In this document: positions 1 through 6,370 of the stretch, piece by piece | Layout: the number at the start of each line of letters is the position of its first letter | Numbering within the stretch: position 1 is the stretch's first letter | From: Candidatus Heimdallarchaeota archaeon B3_Heim | GTDB taxonomy: Archaea; Asgardarchaeota; Heimdallarchaeia; Hodarchaeales; Hodarchaeaceae | Assembly: GCA_003144275.1 (NCBI GenBank) | Contig: NJBF01000078.1 | Span: 1-8,144 of the forward strand | DNA length: 8,144 bases | Direction: 5' to 3' | Made by a program: the position numbers and the translations under genes | Notes under the pieces: model-generated | What the model was told of the DNA's origin: nothing | Seen by the model: only the letters and a program-made list of their open reading frames with translations | The model's database searches: none

Positions 1-1
1 A

Positions 2-292
2 CCTGAAGCAAAATATGATCGAGATATACAAGTAAAATCAGTGGCTGGCATAATTAAGTTTGCTGCAGCTGCGAATGCGCCAATTATCCCAATTGCAGTG
101 ACTAAAGAAAAGACAAAACTTTTCAATTTGATTAGTATTGACGGAATTAAAGTAAAAGTTAGTAACCCGATTCCAGTGTCAAACAAATTGAATCGGGAAA
201 AGTTTCGGGATCAAAGATACGAGTTAGCCGAAGATATAGTAAATATTATAGATTCTCTAAAATATACTCCATCAGAAGAGGATGAAGAATAA
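2..292 (+). CDS. C-terminal part of a PlsC-like lysophospholipid/glycerol-phosphate acyltransferase (5' partial, runs off window)
   Basis: The frame is open from base 2, upstream of the track's GTG at 41: PEAKYDRDIQVKSVAGIIKFAAAANAPIIPIAV. This resembles the acyltransferase (F)PEG...G...A...A.PIIP.AI blocks. The HxxxxD motif would lie outside the window. Confidence 0.55.
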   Translation, partial: PEAKYDRDIQVKSVAGIIKFAAAANAPIIPIAVTKEKTKLFNLISIDGIKVKVSNPIPVSNKLNREKFRDQRYELAEDIVNIIDSLKYTPSEEDEE

Positions 293-293
293 T

Positions 294-300
294 AAGGAGG
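294..300 (+). promoter_or_regulatory. Shine-Dalgarno site for the 311..574 ORF
   Basis: AAGGAGG at 294-300, 10 nt upstream of ATG 311. Confidence 0.6.
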
Positions 301-310
301 GATAAAAAAA

Positions 311-574
311 ATGGAAAATCAAAATAACCCAGATGTTGAAAAACCAAAAATAGATTTGCCGGAATACACCAAAAAATTAGAAGAAAAGGCAAAAGAGGCT
401 CTAAACCCGACTAAGATGAAAGAAATGATTTCAGATTTAGATGTAGATAATGTTGTAGGGGATCTTTTCTATGAATCTGTAAAACTATTCTTCGATATTG
501 GATTTGAACTTGCAGATAAATTAAATCTTGGTTTAATTCAGGATTTTATAAATAAAGAGAAAGAGAAAGAATAA
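311..574 (+). CDS. hypothetical 87-aa acidic/lysine-rich protein
   Basis: ATG start with a strong SD, co-oriented 18 nt after the acyltransferase stop, and a helical-looking charged sequence. No family recognised. Confidence 0.7.
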   Translation: MENQNNPDVEKPKIDLPEYTKKLEEKAKEALNPTKMKEMISDLDVDNVVGDLFYESVKLFFDIGFELADKLNLGLIQDFINKEKEKE

Positions 575-867
575 TCCAACAATATTTTTTAGTATTATTT
601 TTTCGTCATCGAAACGGAAGACTCAGTCTTTCAAGTTACATTAAGATATTTTATCAAAGAAAGTTAAAAAAAATTAGATAAGTATAATAAGTTAAAAAAA
701 AAATTTTGGTTTTTTAGTGTCGTTTTCAGATTCAGGTTCAACAGACATGCATTATCATCTATAAAGATTTTCTTGTTATTGATATTTTTTTGAATTTAAA
801 TATTTAAAGAAAGAAATTTTCGCTCTCTAATCAAAAATAATATTTTTGAATAAGGACACTTTAAGTA

Positions 868-1821
868 TCATTTATAATTTATGATAACTACGCCAATTAG
901 CACGATTATTGCGCCAATGATATTCAATAGGAGTATCGTCTCGGTTCTTTGAAAAATGAAAGAGAAAAAAAGAGTAAGAAATGGCTCGATGTATAAAAAT
1001 GATGCTACCTTTGACGACTGTAGCTTTTTTTGAGAGTAATTCCAAGTATAATATCCAAATACAAAACATATCAATCCTAAATACACACCACATAGAATTA
1101 GTACAATATTTAGAAAGTTATTAAGAAAAATATGGAGTTGGTTGCTTATTACAACAAAGATAAACAATTCTAAGCATCCAAGGTAAGTGATAAATTTCAA
1201 TATTCTAAAATCTGATTGCGACTCATAAGATTTCTCTAATTTCTTAATTACGGTGGAGTAAGTTGCCCATAGTAGCGGTGTAAGCAAAATAAATATATAG
1301 CCTAAGAACGAAGGAGATTCAGGAGTAAATTTTTTGATATCTCCTCCAGTGATTAAGAAATATGATCCGATTGATGCTAAAATAAATCCTATGATCTTTA
1401 ATTTATTTAATTTTTCTCTAAAAAAAATTAGTGAAAAGATTGCAATAATGACAGGAGAAACTAAGCAATCATATAACGCAGGAATTGAAGGCCCAATTAT
1501 TTCAACTGCCGAATATAAGAAAAATAAATAGAGTGAAATACCTGAAAAGCTTGCTAATAGAATTAAAATCCAAAAATTCATGGTTGGTGTTGGATTCATT
1601 ACATCAGTATTCAGTGTTTTTTTTTTCCTAAATTTAAGATAAACATCTATAATGAGAAACGATATTGACGCGACGGTTAGGCGATATAGTGCTACTGATA
1701 ATGGTGGGATATATTCAACAGCTATATGAACAATGATAAAGGATAGCCCCCAAAATGTGATCATAAGGATTAATAAAAAATAAACGAAAATAACTTTAAA
1801 ATTAAATTGAGTAGATTTCAT
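868..1821 (-). CDS. EamA/DMT family (drug/metabolite) transporter, 317 aa
   Basis: About 10 hydrophobic segments in two EamA-like halves: WGLSFIIVHIAVEYIPPLSVALYRL, FFREKLNKLKIIG, LLWATYSTVIKK, KVASFLYIEPFLT. Confidence 0.92.
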   Translation of the reverse strand: MKSTQFNFKVIFVYFLLILMITFWGLSFIIVHIAVEYIPPLSVALYRLTVASISFLIIDVYLKFRKKKTLNTDVMNPTPTMNFWILILLASFSGISLYLFFLYSAVEIIGPSIPALYDCLVSPVIIAIFSLIFFREKLNKLKIIGFILASIGSYFLITGGDIKKFTPESPSFLGYIFILLTPLLWATYSTVIKKLEKSYESQSDFRILKFITYLGCLELFIFVVISNQLHIFLNNFLNIVLILCGVYLGLICFVFGYYTWNYSQKKLQSSKVASFLYIEPFLTLFFSFIFQRTETILLLNIIGAIIVLIGVVIINYK

Positions 1822-1825
1822 TTTA

Positions 1826-2962
1826 TTATTTATAGTTAATGATTAATACAGCTATTAAAACGATAATTCCACCAAGAATATTCCAAATGAGAATTACTTC
1901 ATTCCTCTGAAATAAGAATGACAAGAATAAAGTCAAGAATGGTTCAATATAGAGAAAAGAAGCGACTTTTGATGATTTTAATCTTTCTTGCGAATATTGC
2001 CAAATATAATAACCTACTACATAACATCCTACTCCTAAATAAAGCGCACATAGCAATATCATAACATTTAAGAAATTTAAAATAAAAATATATAACTCTC
2101 CATTAATTATTACAAAAATAAACAACTCGATGGTTCCAAGATAAGCAGTATATTTCAGCAACTTAATGTTAGATTTTTCCTTCGTGATTTTTTTTGTAAC
2201 TGTGGCATATACGGCCCACAATAAAGGTGTTGACAGAGCCAACATGTAACCTATGAAGTTAGGAGATTGAGGAGTAAGGTTTTCAATGTTACCCCCTGTT
2301 ACTAAGAAGAATCCGCCAATTGAAGCGATAATAAAACCAATGATTTTAATATTAGTTAATTTTTCATTAAAAAAAATTAAAGCCAATAGAGTAATAATAA
2401 CCGGAGCTAGTAAGCACACAAATAAAGCTGGTAAGGAGGGGCCAATTAAATTTATAGCATTATATTGGGCAAAAAAGAAGAGGGAAATTCCGGCAAAGCT
2501 AGCTATAACTATCAATATCCAATCATTTTTAGTGAATTTTACTACATTGATTTCTTCGTTTACAGCCTTTTTTTTATTTAGCTTAGTATAAATATCAATG
2601 ATCAGAAATGACATCGACGCCACAATAAAACGATATAATGCCAAAGACAATGGAGGTACATATTCTACAGCAATATCAACAAGAATAAAAGAGAAACCCC
2701 AAATAACTATCATTAAAATTAATAGAATATAATATAAGCGAATAGATGTTAATCTACTAAATCTAGTAACTTCTTCGGCTTCTGCCTTTCTGACTGTTTC
2801 AAGCAATATATCAAGTTTCGTCTGTATATTTTCCGGTACATCCTCTTCAAGTATGGTTAACTGAATTGAGGGATCAGGGGAGTTCATGACTAATTCCTCG
2901 AGAGAACTGTATCCTTTTCCGAGGCGATCTTCAGAACTTTTTGGGCCATTCCAGATATACAT
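1826..2962 (-). CDS. EamA/DMT family transporter with a soluble ~70-aa N-terminal extension (gelsolin-like); true 5' end probably lost at the junction
   Basis: Same EamA motifs as the neighbour (WGFSFILVDIAVEYVPPLSLALYRF, LLWAVYATVTKK, KVASFLYIEPFLT). The frame stays open upstream of ATG 2962 to about 3122, running into a ThrRS-like segment, so 2962 is not necessarily the real start. Confidence 0.85.
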   Translation of the reverse strand: MYIWNGPKSSEDRLGKGYSSLEELVMNSPDPSIQLTILEEDVPENIQTKLDILLETVRKAEAEEVTRFSRLTSIRLYYILLILMIVIWGFSFILVDIAVEYVPPLSLALYRFIVASMSFLIIDIYTKLNKKKAVNEEINVVKFTKNDWILIVIASFAGISLFFFAQYNAINLIGPSLPALFVCLLAPVIITLLALIFFNEKLTNIKIIGFIIASIGGFFLVTGGNIENLTPQSPNFIGYMLALSTPLLWAVYATVTKKITKEKSNIKLLKYTAYLGTIELFIFVIINGELYIFILNFLNVMILLCALYLGVGCYVVGYYIWQYSQERLKSSKVASFLYIEPFLTLFLSFLFQRNEVILIWNILGGIIVLIAVLIINYK

Positions 2963-3052
2963 ACTTTTTTTATAATAAGCATAATGCCCGGAGCGAACCC
3001 AGATATCGCTCTTTAAAATATGTGGCCCGATTACTAATTGATAGCCCCTTTT
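2954..3052 (-). other. thrS: 33-codon internal fragment of threonyl-tRNA synthetase (catalytic domain, motif 1 region)
   Basis: Manual translation of the minus strand gives KRGYQLVIGPHILKSDIWVRSGHYAYYKKSMYI. This matches the ThrRS signature GYxxVxxPxIxxxxLWxxSGH(W/Y)xxYxxxM(F/Y). Confidence 0.8.
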
Positions 3053-3796
3053 TACCCAGGGACGCAGAGGATTGGGCCAGGCGTATCCGTGAACTAACGG
3101 GCCAGAACATAGCCTATCTCATTAATACAGATCATCACTTTGACCATGTTATGGGAAATGCCGTCTTAACTGACAATGTCATTTGCCATTCAACTGCCGC
3201 CAAAGGAATTAATTTCCTCAGGAACAAACAGGCACTTAAGAAAATGGTCCAGGGTGCTTTCCCTGATGTCCTTGCTGATATCGAATCCGATATTGACAAT
3301 CTAAATATCGTTTCACCACTCATAACGTTTGACAAAAAAACTTACACTGGATATGGGTGACGCCACAATTATCCTCGAGTTTGTTGCTGGACATTCTCCC
3401 GGAACGATACTTATTTATTTGGTAGAAGACCAGGCAGTATTCACAGGTGATACGGTCGAGGCACAATTTCCTTATTTTGGGCAAGCTCGTTTTAGTGCGT
3501 GGAAGGAAACACTTCGGAAGATATTATTGATGGATATTGAAGTGGTGGTGCCTGGTCACGGTCCTGTGGGCGGAAAAGAGATGGTCGAGAAATACTCTTC
3601 CTTTTTTCAAGACCTTGAAAAGGAAGTTAAGGATTTTGAACTCAAAGGTCTTACCATTGAACAGATGGTTGAGAAAAGTAGAGTTATCAATTTTTTCCCG
3701 AATGATGAGATTGCAAAAGAAGGTCTGGTCCAGTCGTGGATAGGAGAGCAATACAAATCTGCCGTAAGAGTGATTTTGGCTGAGAACAAAAACTAA
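3031..3796 (+). pseudogene. MBL-fold metallo-hydrolase (cyclase-like), 5'-truncated and frameshifted at an A7 run (3334-3340)
   Basis: The first frame gives LLIDSPFLP...YLINTDHHFDHVMGN. The second frame gives LTLDMGD...GHSPG...FTGD...VVPGHG. Removing one A from GACAAAAAAAC joins them as FDKKLTLDMGD. No native N-terminus is present before LLID. Confidence 0.8.
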
Positions 3797-3800
3797 TCTT

Positions 3801-3909
3801 AATCCCTCAAACCACCAGAAAGCACCTTCCCACCACTTAGTCAACATCTTATCCCCTGATTAGACCAGAGGCTGGGTTGGAGGATGTAGGCATTGGGAAA
3901 TTAGGGATT
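3801..3909. repeat. imperfect nested inverted repeat downstream of the MBL gene
   Basis: AATCCCT 3801-3807 / AGGGATT 3903-3909; TTCCCA 3827-3832 / TGGGAA 3894-3899; ACATC 3844-3848 / GATGT 3883-3887. The 5' half is C-rich and the 3' half G-rich. Confidence 0.35.
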
Positions 3910-4019
3910 GACAGAATGGCTTATTATTCCACTGGTGTACCGATCGCTGAGCCGTAAGTTGAATTATAGATTACAAACAGCATTGGAAAGCCTTCAGAGG
4001 GTGGTCTGGGTTATGATTA

Positions 4020-4129
4020 ATAGCAGCTATGTTGTTAGTTTAGATATGTTGTGTGTATTTACTTCTTCCCATCTTCTTCAAAAAGGATTTAAGAAAATCC
4101 TTATACTTCTTCTTATAATTCTTATTCTT
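4020..4129 (+). repeat. direct repeat copy 1 (41-bp core 4020-4060 with two NTATGTTG boxes)
   Basis: ATAGCAGCTATGTTGTTAGTTTAGATATGTTGTGTGTATTT is 38/41 identical to 4568-4608. Similarity resumes at TAATTCTTATTCTT (4116-4129 vs 4655-4668). Confidence 0.9.
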
Positions 4130-4390
4130 CCTAATCCAAATTGATTCAAATACTTATGCGTTAATCAAGCAGGAAAGGTGAATGTTTTAAAAATTTTGAA
4201 ACAAATACCTTGCAGTCATTATGGCTTTATGATAGACTGCACTTCTGAAATGCAAGCATACATCCCCTTCCTAGTACGCAAAGCCAGAATGCCAGAGAGG
4301 TAGGGCCTTTGGCATAGCTGGACATCCTCAACAGAGTTATTCCTTCCCTGGAATAGATCAGGGTCACTCCAGGTACAATTGAACACCAGA

Positions 4391-4524
4391 ACTATGTTGC
4401 GAGTTTTTTCGACAAATTTATAGGAATCCTTATAACCTATTGATATTAAAATGAATTCACGTTTCCAGAGTTCAAAATGAAAAACTTCCTGTTTTCAATA
4501 GGATAGGTGAGCTCGCAACATAGT
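4391..4524. repeat. perfect 13-bp inverted repeat carrying the same CTATGTTG box
   Basis: ACTATGTTGCGAG at 4391-4403 and its exact reverse complement CTCGCAACATAGT at 4512-4524, with 108 bp between them. Confidence 0.85.
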
Positions 4525-4567
4525 AGCAGTATACGAAAGTTTTTTGGCCTTTCATTTTTCCACAATC

Positions 4568-4668
4568 ATAGCAGCTATGTTGTGAGTTTAGTTATGTTGT
4601 GAGTATTTTGGATCTACTTTCCCATTTTTTTTAAAATTGTATTTTCTTTGGATTTAATTCTTATTCTT
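4568..4668 (+). repeat. direct repeat copy 2 (41-bp core 4568-4608), candidate left end of the recombinase element
   Basis: ATAGCAGCTATGTTGTGAGTTTAGTTATGTTGTGAGTATTT, 548 bp from copy 1. Boxes at 4575-4582 and 4592-4599 are separated by 9 bp. Confidence 0.9.
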
Positions 4669-4719
4669 GGGCACATATGTACTCAATTCTCTACTATCAT
4701 TTGTAGATTGGCTTTTCTT

Positions 4720-5127
4720 TTACTGTCCTGACTTCATACGACTAACCTGGGATAGATACCAATCCACACTTTCCTGATCAAAACCTGCCATTGACTTAGC
4801 AAAATCTGCGGCTTTGCGATAATAGTTTGCCGCCTTGTTTTTTTCTCCACGCGCTTCATATACCTGGGCTAACCGGTTAAGGCCATCAATCTGGTCGGGA
4901 TAGTCAGCTAATAGTCTACGAGACACAGCCTCCGCCTCATCCAATTTGTTTTCTTCTATAAGATCAACTACGCTATTGGACAGTTTATCAAGATCGGTAT
5001 AGACGGCTATAAACTGCTTTTTTGGGGTAGAGGGCTGCCTTTTGCCATCTTGCAGGGGAAGACAACATTTTTTGTATTTCTTACCGCTGCCGCAAGGACA
5101 CGGTGCATTACGAGAAATCTTTGACAT
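4720..5127 (-). CDS. SEC-C metal-binding motif protein with C-terminal TPR-like helices, 135 aa
   Basis: N-terminal SRNAPCPCGSGKKYKKCC is a canonical SEC-C motif. LDEAEAVSRRLLADYPDQIDGLNRLAQVYEARGEKNKAANYYRKA follows a TPR pattern. Confidence 0.88.
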   Translation of the reverse strand: MSKISRNAPCPCGSGKKYKKCCLPLQDGKRQPSTPKKQFIAVYTDLDKLSNSVVDLIEENKLDEAEAVSRRLLADYPDQIDGLNRLAQVYEARGEKNKAANYYRKAADFAKSMAGFDQESVDWYLSQVSRMKSGQ

Positions 5128-5172
5128 ATTTGTATCTTTTCATATTTCTCTCTATGTGGCAACTTCATTGTT

Positions 5173-5784
5173 ATGCAGATGCGATTCGCCACGGAGTTAT
5201 CCGCCGAGGAATACGTCCGCCAGGAGGCCTGGAAAAATGCAAAACTTGACAATTGCCCCCTACATCCAAAAGGAGGGTGTGGATTTTGCAGAAATGGTAC
5301 GTATAAGAGAAGGTTCCCGGAAGGTACTAAAATAGCCAGGTTCTACTGCCCAAAGGGACATAAGAGCTTCAGTTTGCTCCCTGATTGTCTTGCCTCGCGA
5401 CTATCTGGCTCGTTGGATGAAGTGGAAGCCGTTATTGTGGAAGTGGAAAACTCAACGAGTCAAGAGGCCGCAGCAGATAGACTTCGGCTAGATATAGAAC
5501 TTCCTGGTATTCTTCGTTGGATGAGGCACCGGGTAGTTCTTGTTCGGGTTGCATTGTCTATACTTATCGAACTCCTACCCTCCCTCTTTGCTGGCTGCAC
5601 TCCGTCCATCTCCTCCTTTCGCTCTGCCCTGTGCCTTGAGCCTATCCTGCCTGAGCTTCGGGGCTGTGCTAGTCTATATCTCCACCTCCTACCACCACCT
5701 CTCGGTTTCGGCCCCCGTCCCGAGAAAAAAAAGTTCAAAAAAAATCATTTCCAACACAAAACGGGGAGTGATCCTCCGGTTTGA
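5173..5784 (+). CDS. mobile-element-associated Zn-ribbon protein (DUF6431-like), 203 aa
   Basis: CPLHPKGGC...GTYKR...IARFYCPKGHKSFSLLPDCL provides Cys/His ligands and the R..C....SLLPD pattern recalled for DUF6431-type proteins. A helical, possibly HTH-like region follows. The family assignment is from memory only. Confidence 0.7.
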   Translation: MQMRFATELSAEEYVRQEAWKNAKLDNCPLHPKGGCGFCRNGTYKRRFPEGTKIARFYCPKGHKSFSLLPDCLASRLSGSLDEVEAVIVEVENSTSQEAAADRLRLDIELPGILRWMRHRVVLVRVALSILIELLPSLFAGCTPSISSFRSALCLEPILPELRGCASLYLHLLPPPLGFGPRPEKKKFKKNHFQHKTGSDPPV

Positions 5785-5828
5785 AAGATGTAGATTGCCT
5801 CCAAATACAATCACAAGGGGCAATAACG

Positions 5829-5957
5829 ATGGAAGATCAAATGAACAACCCTGAAAAATACTTTGTCCTGTCTGGTTGCGGGCTGTTTGCGAGATTCGTG
5901 CATCTTCCCCCCAACACAAAAGGTACAGATAGAGGGCAAAAAGGAGGTGGGCCATGA
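5829..5957 (+). CDS. putative 42-aa small protein (not in ORF track)
   Basis: ATG 5829 follows AAGGGG. It reads MEDQMNNPEKYFVLSGCGLFARFVHLPPNTKGTDRGQKGGGP, and its TGA overlaps the next start as ATGA (5954-5957). Confidence 0.35.
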   Translation: MEDQMNNPEKYFVLSGCGLFARFVHLPPNTKGTDRGQKGGGP

Positions 5958-6370
5958 TTGAAAAAATTCCCCTTATTGCTCACAGGGTCCGTAAGATCAA
6001 CGGGAGCTTTGCCTTCATTGAGCATCGTTTCCTGCGCGATGGCTTCTTCGCCAGTCTTAATCATCATGAACTTTTGCTCTATGTGTTTCTCATCATCGTA
6101 GGGGATCGAAGAGGCATGTCCTTCTATAGCTATGATAAAATCTGCACACTTCTTCGGGTCTCTGTTGATGAGTATATTGCGGCAAGAAACTCTCTGATCG
6201 AAAAAGACCTGATTGCCTTTGATGGTAGGTTTTTTCAAGTCTTATCCCTACCAGACAATGTCGTTAACACTTCCTGCCCCCCTCTCAAAGACCAGGAGGA
6301 AATGGAAAGACATGACCCTGCCACTGTCCATCAACTCATTGTTAGTTCCTTAGGAGGAGACCATGATTGA
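5954..6370 (+). CDS. winged helix-turn-helix protein (replication-initiator/HTH_36-like fold suspected), 138 aa
   Basis: Strong SD AGGAGGT at 5942-5948. The segment ELLLYVFLIIVGDRRGMSFYSYDKICTLLRVSVDEYIAARNSLIEKDLI fits a wHTH pattern. Its stop overlaps the next gene by 8 nt. Confidence 0.8.
   Translation: MIEKIPLIAHRVRKINGSFAFIEHRFLRDGFFASLNHHELLLYVFLIIVGDRRGMSFYSYDKICTLLRVSVDEYIAARNSLIEKDLIAFDGRFFQVLSLPDNVVNTSCPPLKDQEEMERHDPATVHQLIVSSLGGDHD

Noticed and set aside
692-748. Minus-strand mini-ORF MSVEPESENDTKKPKFFF, possibly a frameshifted gene
   Set aside because: It is only 18 codons. Adjusting the homopolymer lengths did not give a convincing longer protein.
798-870. Selenocysteine read-through of the TGA ending the 317-aa EamA gene, with the 601-632 hairpins as a SECIS
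   Set aside because: The paralog ends at the same INYK with TAA, so TGA is a plain stop. The hairpins lack SECIS architecture.
872-2591. Track ORFs 872..1093, 1334..1531 and 2286..2591
   Set aside because: They are alternative-frame or antisense shadows of the two EamA genes, with no motifs of their own.
2941-3030. N-terminus MGHSRYTYFFYNKH... of the track ORF 2941..3360
   Set aside because: It is the antisense reading of the EamA-extension/thrS segment. MBL similarity starts only near LLID (~3031).
3334-3340. Programmed -1 ribosomal frameshift at A-AAA-AAC
   Set aside because: Rejoining the frames requires skipping one base (+1), not -1, and this enzyme family is not known to me to use programmed frameshifting.
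3031-3796. Class B beta-lactamase resistance gene
   Set aside because: The fold is shared by many hydrolases. The motif is DHHFDH, there is no evidence of a signal peptide, and the gene is broken.
3135-4144. Track ORFs 3135..3335, 3524..3847, 3537..3743, 3607..3789 and 3908..4144
   Set aside because: The first four are shadows of the MBL gene. 3908..4144 starts at TTG, runs through the repeat and has no recognisable features.
4020-4608. CRISPR array
   Set aside because: There are only two long copies, 548 bp apart, with no regular repeat-spacer periodicity and no cas genes.
4720-5127. secA
   Set aside because: Only the short SEC-C motif is shared. The protein is 135 aa with no helicase-like ATPase domain.
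5007-6238. Track ORFs 5007..5252, 5042..5335, 5460..5738, 5540..5854, 5689..5955 and 5837..6238
   Set aside because: They overlap better-supported genes (SEC-C, Zn-ribbon, wHTH) in other frames or strands and lack motifs.
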